Source of the DNA: the human T2T-CHM13v2.0 reference genome, Homo sapiens
DNA length: 64,000 nt
Reading direction: 5' to 3' (one strand)
NCBI RefSeq assembly: GCF_009914755.1
Contig: NC_060935.1
The translations under genes were made by a program, and so were the position numbers. Each line of letters opens with the position of its first letter. The stretch's first letter is position 1. Under the pieces are notes generated by a model, which saw nothing but the letters and a program-made list of their open reading frames with translations, was not told the DNA's origin and ran no database searches. This document shows positions 1 to 26,172 of this stretch, in pieces.

Positions 1-224
1 GATTCACTGTGAAATCAGCAAATTAAGATCTAAACCAACTTTCCCTCTATGTAGCCATTGGTCTGAAATATGGCCAAAGGAAGCCTTTAAGTCCTTTTTG
101 AGGATGTAAACAGGTTTTGAAGGATTATCTTTATTCATTCAGTTATATTCCAGCTTGTGAAAATGCTTCTGAATGCTATATGAGAATGGAAATCTAGAAT
201 TAATACCCGAGGTTTATAGTATTA

Positions 225-955
<731 letters not shown>

Positions 956-1422
956 GTCTTAATCAGAACAACTATGTCTCCAAATCCAAAAGTCATTTTG
1001 TTTGCTTCAGATCCCTTTAAGCCCTGTTGATCTTAGTTACTACCTTGGACAAAACAACCTGAGCCAGTCTCTTGAAGATACTGTGCCTAATTAACTGTAC
1101 TACTTAGGACTCTGGAAGCCAGACAGAGTGTTTAAGGGACTGCCTAGGTAATGAGCTGAATGGTCCCTCTTCTCTCCGAGTCCTGGATGGTGTATAGTCA
1201 AACCCAAGGGAAGCCTTAATGCTGTTGGATCAAGTGAAGGATAAGAAAGATCTACTGCCTTGGACCTTCTAGGGTTTACCACATAGTCAAGTTCTATAGG
1301 CTGGGAAAATTGCTTGCCTTTCTTCTACCTGGTGGTCTTAATTTTGTACCTGTTTATCAGTTGAGGGAGACGACTGGGTCATGTCAATGGCTGTTAACAG
1401 ACTAAAGTTTTTTAACTCACAG

Positions 1423-1576
1423 GTCTTCTGGCTCATCCCCCCTACAGCCCACAACCTGGAGCTGTACGAGAATTGGCTGCTGTCAGGGAAACAGGGAGAC
1501 ATCTTTCTGGGTGACCGGGTATCAGATTGTCAGCGCATTGAGCTCAAGCAGGGCTATACCTTCGTCATTCCCTCAG
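1423..1576 (+). CDS. KDM2A: KDM2A coding exon (~exon 9), JmjC domain, VFWLIPPT...YTFVIPS
   Basis: cacAG/GTaag boundaries, 154 bp; translation is the KDM2A JmjC segment; phase matches next exon. Confidence 0.97.
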
Positions 1577-2131
1577 GTAAGCAAAATGGGAAGAGTGGGT
1601 TATTTAGCCATTTTTTTCCTTAATGAAAAAGAAATTGATGGATTACCACCAAGAATAGTTATGATGCTGGGCGTCTGCAGAAAACAACAGTGTTTCTTCC
1701 TGTCATTATGGAATAGATGCTGAGGTTTTGTTTGTTTTGTTTTCAGTTTGAAAAGGCAGTGGTTTTCCAATAAAGTATATGAGAATTGCCAGCAGAGGCT
1801 TTTCAGGTATACACGTTTGGGCTCTGCATTAGCCCTAGTAATTTAGAATCTCTATAGATAGGACCTGTTCTGCAGGTGATACACAATCTATGTTGAAGAA
1901 CTGCCTACTATTCTAGGGAATGGCTGTGAAGGCTGGAGTGCTCAGTCAGGGATGTTTTTGATCAAGTCATTAAATCAAAGTAAGTGCTTATAAAGATCAC
2001 AGATTTTGGAGTCACAGACCTCTATTAGGATTCTGACTATGCATTTACCTGCTAGATACTACGCTTAGAGCAAATATTTAAATCTGTGTCTCATTTTGTT
2101 ATAAGGAATATAAATGAGAACACATGTAAAC

Positions 2132-2680
<549 letters not shown>

Positions 2681-2900
2681 AATTGTAAACTATCTTGTAC
2701 AGAGCCTGGTTTATAGTTGGTGCTCCAGTAAACGTTTATTATGTGCTAAGCATTTGATGTGCATTTTCTCATTTAATGCTCATGAGCAACCATAAGAGGT
2801 ATTATTTATCCTGGTTTTATAGAGGAAATTGAGGCTTTGAGAGATTAAGTAACTTGACAAACCACTAAGAAGCAGAATCAGAGTGAAGAGTGTGATCTAG

Positions 2901-3110
<210 letters not shown>

Positions 3111-3251
3111 TAACAGTTGCATGTGAAGAGGTTTACTCCAGTTATGATAGATGTTACAAGAGATTCACTGATGGTTTATCAAAACTTCCATTTTTCTTTC
3201 AGTTAAAATGCAGTGTTGACATTTTGGGAACACACAAAATTTTAAATTTAA

Positions 3252-4001
3252 TTTTTTTTTTTTTAAGGCAGAATCTTGTTCTGTTTTCCAGGCTAGAGTG
3301 CAGTGGCGTGATCATGGATGATTGCAGCCTCAACCTCCCAGGCTCAAGCATCTTCCTGCCTCAGCCTCCCAAGTAGCTGGGACCGTGGGTGCACACCACA
3401 TCTGACTAATTTTTAATTTTTTTCGTAGAGACTTGGTCTCACTGCGTTGCCCAGGCTGGTCTAGAACTCCTGGTTCAAGCAGTCCTCCCACCTCAGCCTC
3501 CCAAAGTGCTGGGATTACAGGTGTGAGCCACTGCGACTGGCCAAATAAAAATTTTAACACGATTTACATACTCCGTTTTAGGGACTCCAATTCTGTGAGG
3601 TTTTTGGTATCTTGGATTTCTTTTTCTTTCCTTTTTTTAAAATTTTATTTTATTTTATTTTATTTTTTAGCCAACACCATAGTGAATGGGAAAAAGTAAC
3701 ATTTTTTTCTTTTAATATTTGGGACAGAGTCTCACTCTGTTGCCCAGGCTGGTGTGCAGTGTCACAGTCATGGCTCACTGCAGCCTCAACCTCCCTGGGC
3801 TCAGTTGATCCTCCCACCTCAGCCTCCCAGGTAGCTGGGACTACAGGCACACGCCACCACATGCAGCTAATTTTTTTGTATTTTTTGGAGATGGGTTTTT
3901 GCTGTGTTGCCCAGGCTTGTCTTGAACTCCTGGGCTCAAGTGATCTGCCCGCTTTGGCCTCCTAAAGTGCTGGGATTACAAGTGTGAGCTACTGCATCCC
4001 A
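3252..4001 (-). mobile_element. Two AluJ elements (~3252-3542, ~3702-4001)
   Basis: Antisense Alu consensus with J-type positions. Confidence 0.88.
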
Positions 4002-4357
4002 CAGTATCTTGGATTTTTATAAGGCCAGACATTTACCTCTGGTAATCTCTTGAGCCATGTGTTTCATTTTTATGCTCACAGAATAATTTGGTGTAATGGG
4101 GCTTATCAACCCAAATTTCAGAACTTTAAATTCATGTATCTTTTTCTACACTGATGACTATACTCAAAGCATCTTACTTTAATTATATAAATGTATATAC
4201 TGTCTTTCTCAACTGGGGTTTCAAGAGAGAATTAAGCCCAAAATAAAATAATTTGTGTATCTTATTTTCTCATTTTTCTCTAGGATGATACACAGCTAAT
4301 ACCCTTCTAGATGCATAGAAAAAAGTTAATTTATTATATACAATGGATACCTTAAGG

Positions 4358-4805
4358 CAAGAGTTGACAAACTTTTCCTGCAAAGGACCAGATAGTAAAT
4401 ATTTTAGGCTTCGTGGGTCATAAAGTGTCTATTGTAACTGTTTAACCCTACCTTGTAGCATGAAATACTTAAACAAATGAGTGTGGCTCAAATAATATAA
4501 AATTTTATTCATAGACACTGAAAGTTGAATTTCAGATAACTTTAACATGTCACAGAATACTCTTAAATTTTTTTCAACCATTAAAAAATGTAAAAAACGA
4601 TCCTTTTATATAGTTCATGATCATGATTAGGTGTTCATGCACGTATGTGAAAGATGCCACCCTTGAACCTTGTTACTATTAATACGTCAGCACATTACCT
4701 GTCTGACCCGAAAAAAAAAAAAAAAGGTAAAAAACACTCCTAGTTCACAGGAATCATAAAAAGAGGCAGCAGGCCAAATCCACTAAGTGTTGTTTGCTGG
4801 CTAGC
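4358..4805. mobile_element. MER58B-like hAT-Charlie element interrupted by the U13 retrocopy
   Basis: CAAACTTTT.CTG.AAAGG.CCAGATAGTAAATATTTTAGGCT start typical of MER58. Confidence 0.75.
4600..4725 (+). pseudogene. U13 (SNORD13) snoRNA retropseudogene with poly(A) tail
   Basis: ATCCTTTT..TAGTTCATGA..GCCACCCTTGAACCTTGTTAC..GCACATTACC.GTCTGACC matches U13; A15 tail; TSD 4583-4598 / 4720-4735; box C damaged. Confidence 0.88.
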
Positions 4806-5384
4806 CTCCACCTTAGAGAATGAGAGCTTATTTTTTAGCAGAATTCTAATTGGTAAGGGCTGAATCATATATGAAAGTATAGATGATACTGGGATTAAAC
4901 AGCAATTAGAATATTTGGGGGTTGTGATGTTTGTAAGTTACTCTCAAGTAGCTTAGCAGAATACTAAGCTAGTATGGAGATGAGCAGATGTGGAGAAATG
5001 TTAACAGTTGGAGAATTGCAGAGAAGAGTGTAGAACTATTAATGCTACTGCTCTTGAAACTTTTTGGTAGAATTAAAAGTATTAAAAATTTTAAAATAAC
5101 AATTAATGAAGAATTCACAACTTTTATATGAATGGTCTTTTATATATTATAGGAATGGTCACTGACCTATGTACTGCAATAATAGTCAACCATTATGGTG
5201 CCTATTTTGCAACATTTATTTTGGTGTAGGAGTTACGTATCACTATACACATCATTGATATTATTGTTGGAGTTACAGGAATTGCCCTACTAGTAGAATT
5301 AAGAGAGGAAGCCAGTGCTTCTTCAACACATTTTATAAAAGTACATTTCTTTTTATTTGTTAAGAGTAACAAAAGTACAGTTCA

Positions 5385-5646
5385 GGCACAGGGGCTCATA
5401 CCTGTAATTCCAACCCTTTGAGAGCCCAAAGTGGGAGGATTATGTGAAGCAAGGAGTTTGAGACTCTCCTGGGCAACAAAGCCGGGTGTGGTGGTGCATG
5501 CCTGTAATCCTAGCTACTGGGGAGGCTGAGGTGAGAGGATTGCTTGAACCTAGGAGTTCCAGGTTGCAGTGAGCTATGTTGGTGCCACTGTACTCCAGCC
5601 TGGGTGGAAGAGTGAGACACAGTCTGTTAATTTAAAAAAAAAAAAG
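5385..5646 (+). mobile_element. Degenerate AluJ
   Basis: Alu similarity, shortened linker, A tail. Confidence 0.8.
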
Positions 5647-5753
5647 ATGTCTATTCTAAAATAGGTAAATATTCTAAAATAGGGAAAATGTTTCAAAAGA
5701 AAAAAAATGTATAATTCCATAGTAAAATACTCCTGTTTAACTCTGTCATTCTT

Positions 5754-6898
5754 TTTTTTTTTTTTTTTTTTTAATTTATTTTTTTATTGATAATTCTTGG
5801 GTGTTTCTCACAGAGGGGGATTTGGCAGGGTCATGGGACAATAGTGGAGGGAAGGTCAGCAGATAAACAAGTGAACAAAGGTCTCTGGTTTTCCTAGGCA
5901 GAGGACCCTGCGGCCTTCCGCAGTGTTTGTGTCCCTGATTACTTGAGATTAGGGATTGGTGATGACTCTTAACGAGCATGCTGCCTTCAAGCATCTGTTT
6001 AACAAAGCACATCTTGCACCGCCCTTAATCCATTTAACCCTGAGTGGACACAGCACATGTTTCAGAGAGCACAGGGTTGGGGGTAAGGTCACAGATCAAC
6101 AGGATCCCAAGGCAGAGGAATTTTTCTTAGTGCAGAACAAAATGAAAAGTCTCCCATGTCTACTTCTTTCTACACAGACACGGCAACCATCCGATTTCTC
6201 AATCTTTTCCCCACCTTTCCTGCCTTTCTATTCCACAAAGCCGCCATTGTCATCCTGGCCCGTTCTCAATGAGCTGTTGGGCACACCTCCCAGACGGGGT
6301 GGTGGCCGGGCAGAGGGGCTCCTCACTTCCCAGTAGGGGCGGCCGGGCAGAGGCGCCCCTCACCTCCCGGACGGGGCGGCTGGCCGGGCGAGGGGGCTGA
6401 CCCCCCCCCACCTCCCTCCCGGACGGGGCGGCTGGCCGGGCGGGGGGCTGACACCCCCACCTCCCTCCCGGACGGGGCGGCTGGCCGGGCAGAGGGGCTC
6501 CTCACTTCCCAGTAGGGGCGACCGGGCAGAGGCGCCCCTCACCTCCCGGACGGGGCGGCTGGCCGGGCGGGGGGGCTGACCCCCCCCCACCTCCCTCCCG
6601 GACGGGGCAGCTGGCCGGGCGGGGGGCTGACACCCCCACCTCCCTCCCGGACGGGGCGGCTGGCCGGGCAGAGGGGCTCCTCACTTCCCAGTAGGGGCAG
6701 CCGGGCAGAGGCGCCCCTCACCTCCCGGACGGGGCGACTGGCCGGGCGGGGGGGCTGACCCCCCCCACCTCCCTCCCGGACGGGGCGGCTGGCCGGGTGG
6801 GGGGCTGACACCCCCACCTCCCTCCCGGACGGGGCGGCTGGCCGGGCAGAGGGGCTCCTCACTTCCCAGTAGGGGCGGCCGGGCAGAGGCGCCCCTCA
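5754..6898 (-). mobile_element. 5'-truncated SVA retrotransposon (SVA_F-like): poly(A), SINE-R, partial VNTR
   Basis: SINE-R sequence ~5775-6300, GC-rich VNTR 6303-6898, perfect TSD AACTCTGTCATTCTT at 5739-5753 and 6900-6914. Confidence 0.95.
6303..6898. repeat. SVA VNTR, ~179-bp higher-order unit x3.3
   Basis: Units start at 6303, 6482, 6661, 6839. Confidence 0.93.
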
Positions 6899-7140
6899 AA
6901 ACTCTGTCATTCTTAGAGGTAATTATGTACCCATTCTAAGATTCAGTCTGAAAATTGGTTTTTAGAATGTGTTCCCTTTTTATGGTTAAAGATGACTCTT
7001 ACACCTGGGTCTTATACACTGGTTCAGTTTCAGGGAAGAAAAGGAAAATACATATTCAGTAACATAAAGTGAGTACCTTATCCCCTGCATGAAGAGTTTT
7101 CTACGTAAAGAGAAGAAAAATAAGGGGGAAAAAAAAAAAA

Positions 7141-7938
<798 letters not shown>

Positions 7939-8551
7939 TCTTCTTTTTTTTAAACTGTCATTATTACTCAGCTTTCAACTGATTTCCAGAGGGCTTTAGA
8001 ATTTGGAGTTGTCCTGAACTCCTAATAAAAACCCTTCCAGAAAGTGTTGCTATACTTAAAAGGCTAATGGAGAGGCGTAGTGTATTATATTTAATTTTGA
8101 GGGACCAAATACCTATTGGTTGTTGTCTCTCTCCTCTGTCTCCCTTAGTCAGAAATAAATTAATTTTACTTCCGTGTAAGAGAGTCATTCTTTTAGTTGT
8201 TAAAAGTTTTAGCCACATAAGAAACCAGAATCAGGGTCTGGCTACTATGCATTAGAAAACTGATTGGGGCTAACTATGAAAAGTACATCTCCTCTCCTGC
8301 CTTGCCATGGGGAGAGTGATCTCCTTATTCCCCAGTGATGCCCTGTGGCCTGGTGAAGGTTTTTGAAAAGGGACGCCTATCCAGTTCTCCGTGATTCAGG
8401 AACACTACCCGATATAGAGTTTGTAAACGGGTAGGTGAAGTCATCCCTACAATATGGGAGGAGATGGGAACATTCTCAGGAGCTGCATATTCAAAACAGT
8501 ATCATTTGGCTTATCCTTTTGAAATATGGCCTCTCTAAAAGAAAGCTGTAT

Positions 8552-11188
<2,637 letters not shown>

Positions 11189-11799
11189 GGTTTCAAAAAA
11201 AGGCAACAAAATATATTTAGGATAGTCCCCATCATTGGTCTTCCTCACTGATTAATCTGTGCTGATTTGTCCTTTCCTGGACTGTGATATATCTAAAGAG
11301 TACCTTTTAAAATTAGTATCCAGCTGAAATAATAATGAAAATGCTCTTTTGGGAAGAATGGAAAGAAAATAAAGACAGTGATTGATTAAGTCGTATGGAA
11401 CATTAATCTGGTTTGTGGACATACCATTTTGGCAGACTACAAAGTATGAGGCAGGCAAGCTGAGCATCGATAGTGGAGAAAATACCCAACCTGGTGCCCC
11501 TAGACTAGACACGGTCTGAGAGTGAGTCTCTAGTCAAACTTTAGTATTTGTAATAGCCTAATATGAACATGTCACTTCATCTCATGTCCTGTTTTTCCAT
11601 GAGATTCTTTGTTCCATGGCCTTCTGATTCAGGGGCAAATATAGTAAAGCAAGAGTACTTTGCATGCCTTTTTTTCAAGTATTTTGTGTCTTACTCTTAC
11701 ATTTTACTCTGTCCCAGAACCGAAACTTTCATTGTTTTGATGCTTTCCCACTCAACCAAGACAGCTTCTTGGTGGTTCTAAATGGTCTTCCTCAAGTAC

Positions 11800-13253
<1,454 letters not shown>

Positions 13254-13299
13254 CGGTTGTCTAATGCGTTTTATTGTATAAAGAATGGTCTTTGGCACA

Positions 13300-13580
13300 A
13301 TAAAAACTAGGAATACATCATCAGAATAACCTGTTGTATTCTAGGCACTATACTAAGCAATTTACATTTATGAAATTCTTATTATTACCTGAGAGATAGG
13401 TATTATTATCCTCATTTTACAAATGGGAACATTAAGGTTCAAGGATATTTAAAAACTTGTCCATGATCTTAAAGTTAATAAGTGACAAAGCTACAGCTTT
13501 TAGAGTCTGACCAGCTTGGTTCAGCTTCACAGCTTAAACCAGGTTGGTCAGACTCTGCAGTTTATGCTCTTTATCTCTGT
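13300..13580 (-). mobile_element. MIR containing an inverted duplication (13501-13557)
   Basis: TATTATTATCCTCATTTTACAAATGGGAACATTAAGGTTC MIR core. Confidence 0.65.
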
Positions 13581-13820
13581 GCTTTCAAGTTTCCCCAACA
13601 TCTATCAGAGAAATATTTTAATTAGATGACAGTGTAGTTTCAGTATACATTTTTAGACTCTTATATGTCTGAAACTGGTGAGGACTCAACACCATAATAT
13701 CCTGGGATCACATGTTCTTATGGAATCTTTAATCCAAGCAAGATATTTTTTGCTTTAGCATTTTACTTTTACTGCATAATTTTACTCATAGTTTATATTC
13801 TCAGTTGAAAATAAAAAATG

Positions 13821-15398
<1,578 letters not shown>

Positions 15399-15797
15399 AA
15401 AACTATTTTTTAAACATACATGCTTCTTAGTGTCTTCTCTTTTAAAAGGTAATGAAATAATAATCCCAGATTCAAGCTTTAACTTGAAACTGACTTTACA
15501 ACCACTTTGATAAGTAACTGATTTCTAGTACACAGTTCAAAGACTAGGTCCTACCCAAACTTTAAAAAATCCAATTGACTATTACCTAGGTGTCCTCCTA
15601 GGTCAGGATCCTGTTCCTACCTGTTAACTGTGATTTTGAACAGTGGACAAATGGGTTGGAATAAAGATAGACCATTTTTTTAAATGTGGTAATTTTGTCA
15701 TTTATAGCCTCAAGGCCCCTATCATGCCACCTATTTCTCTTGCTGATCACATGGCAGAGTGAAATGTTCTTACTGCATTTTTTCTTCATATTGGTAG

Positions 15798-16192
15798 ATT
15801 TGGAGTTAAATGGGTTGGAGTCTGGGAATGGGGATGAGGAAGCAGTGGATCGAGAACCCCGACGCTTGAGCAGCAGGCGTTCTGTCCTCACTAGCCCTGT
15901 AGCGAATGGAGTCAACCTGGATTATGATGGACTGGGCAAAACCTGCCGAAGTCTTCCAAGTCTGAAGAAAACTTTGGCTGGGGACTCATCTTCTGACTGT
16001 AGCCGGGGCTCCCACAATGGACAAGTGTGGGATCCCCAGTGTGCTCCCCGAAAGGACAGGCAAGTGCATCTGACCCATTTTGAGCTTGAAGGCCTTCGCT
16101 GCCTTGTAGATAAGTTGGAGTCTCTGCCACTGCACAAGAAATGTGTCCCCACAGGGATAGAAGATGAAGATGCTCTCATTGCTGATGTAAAG
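15798..16192 (+). CDS. KDM2A: KDM2A coding exon (~12), DLELNG...VHLTHFELEGL...LIADVK
   Basis: Within ORF 15686-16204; ggtAG/GTaagg, 395 bp, phase 1 to 0. Confidence 0.96.
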
Positions 16193-16717
16193 GTAAGGGT
16201 TTGATGTGTTACATGACAGCTACTGATCCAGCTATGGCAGTCAGCTTCCAGATTCAGAGGGAGAAAATATAGGAATTTTGGGTGATCTCTGGTTCAGTCA
16301 GAGAGAAGTTAATATGCATGTGTGTTTGTTATTGCTGCTCAGTGTTTTCATTACTAGAATGAGGTTATGTCCCTGTTTTGAAAATACTAACATTTATGTG
16401 TTCATTGAAGACTTATAAATTTAGTCTTAAACATAGGTTTCAGGCTGACCCCAAAAATAAAGTGACCCAAAGAAAATATTTATATAAGAAATGTTACATT
16501 AAACTTAAGTTACCTTGAGATAAAACTCAGGACAAAAGTGACTGATAGGAGTCTCATCCTAAGCAGATTGAGAGAAATGAAATTGTTCTATGCTGGGTTA
16601 ACATTGAGTAGCTTTAGCCTCTTTAGATTCAAATTTATCTAGCATCAAGACTTAAATACATTGGGAAAAGCATCATTTTAAAATAATTCATCCCATTGCT
16701 TTATCAAGTTTTATGTT

Positions 16718-16874
16718 TATTTATTTTTTAATTATACTTTAAGTTCTAGGGTACATGTGCACAACGTGCAGGTTTATTACATAGACATACATGTGCCATG
16801 TCAGTTTGCTGCACCCATTGACTCGTCATTTATGTTAGGTATTTCTCCTAATGCTATCCCTCCTCCAGCTCCCC
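16718..16874 (-). mobile_element. L1PA 3'-end fragment
   Basis: ATTATACTTTAAGTTCTAGGGTACATGTGCACAACGTGCAGGTTT...CCTAATGCTATCCCTCC. Confidence 0.88.
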
Positions 16875-16914
16875 TTCATATTGTATATTTTTCTTAAGGA
16901 ATCCAGACTTGAGC

Positions 16915-19653
<2,739 letters not shown>

Positions 19654-20551
19654 CTAAAGTAGCTAAATAAGGAGATTTGAGGTGAAAGGGTGGTACAATG
19701 GTATACCAAAGGAAAAAGTAGAAAGATTTGGGTTAAATATTAAGCAGAGTCAGCAAGAAGAGAGGGGAGTTAAGAAGAGACATCTAAAGAGGAGGCTTAG
19801 CATTATGAAAAGTGTCCGGAGATAGCTTGCTTGTGTTTATCAGGGACCACTGAAAAACGTGACTGCCATCACTGGCTAAGATATAGTGGCAGAGGCCAGA
19901 GCATGAGGAACAAGTAGCCAGTGAGATGACTACACAGGCCGACAGTGTTTGAATTCTCCCTCCAGAGACTTGTCCACAGCTTCTCGTTTACCCAAAACCA
20001 CAGTCAAAATGTAGCTGACGTCAGAAGACAACAGATTTAGATTCCAGCTCTGCAGGTGTAGTTTCACTTAAGATCAAATAGATTAATTATTCCTATATTT
20101 GATCAGTTATGCTAAATCTCAGAAAAGATATAGCAAGCTTAGAGCTTGAATACCTTGAGAATCTAAGCATCACTCAAAAGAAAAAAGCATTAGATTGGGT
20201 AGCTGCTGAATCACTGCACAGCTGGGGACTTTCAAGTGCTAGAAAACTTGGTGCTTATAGCACTGATGGCTATACTTCAGTGGGGGACAAAGCTAGTACA
20301 GTTTACCCTTCCTGCAGAGAAAGGAATTGTTTGCTGTTGTAACCTATCTGGCTTTCAGGAATAATTAGTAGAAGAGATGAGGGGAAAAGTGGTAGATGAG
20401 ATATTCATAATATTCCAAGGAAAAATAGTGCATTTCAGTGCTGTGATAAAAGGGCTTTTTTTAGGTTCTAAGGCGTTGAAGAACAAGTCATAGAATATAG
20501 AGTTGGAAGAGGATTAAGTGAAAAAATAGGACATTAAAAAGTACTGACTTG

Positions 20552-23896
<3,345 letters not shown>

Positions 23897-25839
23897 ATTT
23901 ATATCCTGTTATAGGATATATTTATTTATACAAATAAAACTTTATTTGCAATATTTACTAACAAGATATTTGTAATAATTCATACATTCTTACTGAATAG
24001 AAAGTTTTAAGTAATGTAACTCAGTTATGAGGCATATATGCTTAAAGTTACATATAATTATTTTAAATATTTTCCTTATATTCTTGTATTATGTAATGTC
24101 ATGGTCTTAGTAATTCTTATCTTTTTTGCCTATCTTTTATTCTCAATTAGCAGGAGGGGGTAAAGTTAGGCCTTGTTTAATTTGTGATTTGGAAACTTAC
24201 TGGGAGTGAGTTTCCTAGTGCCCGATGTGATTTTTTTCCTTTCCTGGTGGCCTCTAGAATTTGCACTTGCTGCAACTTGAACTTACGTTTGTTTTAAAGT
24301 AATATGTTTTCTCTTAAGTATTCATACTTTACTATCTCTATAATATAGATAGCACTGAAGATCAAAATAAGCATTTTCCAAGAAGACCTCTCAATAGCTA
24401 GATCACTGTTAAGGAAAGCCTTTCAAACAAAATAAGCCGATTGCAGTGGGTCTTGAGTCTTAAGATACAGTGTCCGGGAGAAGTTTAGGGTTAGGATGAC
24501 CATATAAGCATTTCCAGGAGAAGCTCAGCCGAGAGCACAAAAGTCTGTCCTTCCCCTGGTAAACTACTATAAAAATAACATATGTAGCCCCTGGCAGCAA
24601 AGCTCCAGACTTTAGAAAGCCTAGTTAGCCACTAAATCTGTACCAGAAACTCACTCAAACAACTGTCCTGGAAATAAATAAGAATGCTTAAGAGCTAGAT
24701 GCTTAAATCAGAGCATCTGCAAAAAAGGCAAGTTATACATTTGTAAGGGTCTAAAAGTCACATAAAAATCACATTGGCTCTAAAAAAGACCCAAACTGTT
24801 TCTGCTAAGTATTTGATTCCTACTCAGGTTCTCCCATGCTGATGTTTGGTACACTGTGGATCACTAGAAACTCAACCAGAGTGTGCACCCTCCCTTCCTC
24901 CTGTAGACTGAAAGGAGTGTGTGTTCAGTCTGAGCTTCATCCCAGCTGGGGATCCGGGGATCAGGGTTTGTTGTGCAGAGGTGTGAGCAATACTTGTCAG
25001 TCCGAGTGGCTGTGAGAAGGCAGTGAGGTGTCTTGACAGGATGCAGGACTGGCTGCTTCATCTGGGGAATATCAAGAATGAGACAGGCAAACAGACTTGA
25101 ATAGAAATGGAAATCCAAGAGTACAATACTGGTATTCTGAGGGTAGGATAATCTTACAGGCAGAGGAGACTGCTGGAATTGGGAGAATGTGTGTTCCCTG
25201 GCTTCCTGCACCTTGTTTAGAGGCAGGAGGGCAAAGTGTGTTGTGCCTCAGTTGTTTGACTTGGTCACGGTGGAACTGCTGCAGGATTGCTGCGCAGACA
25301 TTTCTAGTACTGTACTGTGGGGGTGGAGTCCTTGTCAGAATCAGAAGCAGGCATCTGTTTTAGATGTAGTTGATGTTAGCCGTATTTTATTGAATATCTC
25401 AATATTGGCTGACATGGGCCATTTCTGAAGGTTTTTTGGAACACATAGGCAGATTCTGGATTGTGGGCTGGGAGCAAGTCAGCGAGGGCAGGTGAAGCAG
25501 GCAGTGTGCCGGAGAGAGAAGATAACTCAAGAGGAACTCAGCTCCTGTGCCTAGTTCATCCAGAGAGGCGGAACTTTGGGCGACCCCCTCTACTTGCTGA
25601 GAGGGGAGAGAGAAGTGTGTGTGCAGTCAGCCAGAGAGCTCTGGCAGTAACAGTGGTAACAGTGAGAGGTGACCCTGAGGGGAAGGGTGTGGACTGAAAC
25701 AAGGACAAATGTGGGCCAAGGTGCCTAGTGTAGCCCGCAGAATGAGTTAAAGCCTTCCCTTTGGCTGGCGCCTTCAGAAGTCTGCCACCGGGAGCCCTCA
25801 GGGGGCTGGCCCTAGGTTCTCCTATTGCAGTGGTGGTGG

Positions 25840-26170
25840 GAGGGAGACAGGGCGGGGGCTGTGGCTGAGCTCTCCTCCCTGGCAGGGCCTCTTCCAATCG
25901 CGAGGAAGAAAGCAGTTGCTGAACACACCCCCTCCCGGCTCTGCAGCAGAACGGCTGGGCCCTCTGCCTGGCTCGCTCACTCTCGCTCGGCTCCCCCTCC
26001 TGCCATCTTCCGTTGCAAAGCATTTCTGGGAGCTGCATGTGGGTGACGCAGCAGCATTGTTCGCAGGCACAGGAAGCCGCGGCTGAGCTGAAGGGCTCGA
26101 GAAGGAGCCCAGAGCGCTGCACGCTGCTCCCTCTGGGTAGTCTGAAGGGTCAGAGCTGGACTGCCCTGCC
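25840..26170 (+). promoter_or_regulatory. Internal promoter / 5' leader of KDM2A short form
   Basis: Local GC/CpG rise inside a ~3.8 kb Alu-free zone; GC box 25850-25858, CCAAT 25894-25898, YY1-type GCCATCTT 26002-26009 overlapping ETS-type CTTCCG, half-CRE TGACG 26044. Confidence 0.7.
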
Positions 26171-26172
26171 CT

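Noticed and set aside
5776-6899. ORFs with repeating PGQPPRPGG / MRSPSARP peptides
   Set aside because: SVA SINE-R and VNTR reading frames
20109-20342. 77-aa protein-looking ORF in intron 12
   Set aside because: No recognisable homology, splice context, poly(A) tail or TSD to support an exon or retrocopy
24485-24495. TTAGGGTTAGG telomere-like motif
   Set aside because: Under two units; expected by chance
24360-24690. AATAAGC-like words recurring at 60-100 bp spacing (CRISPR-like impression)
   Set aside because: Matches are short, [12 protein letters not shown] and irregular in AT-rich DNA, and there are no cas genes
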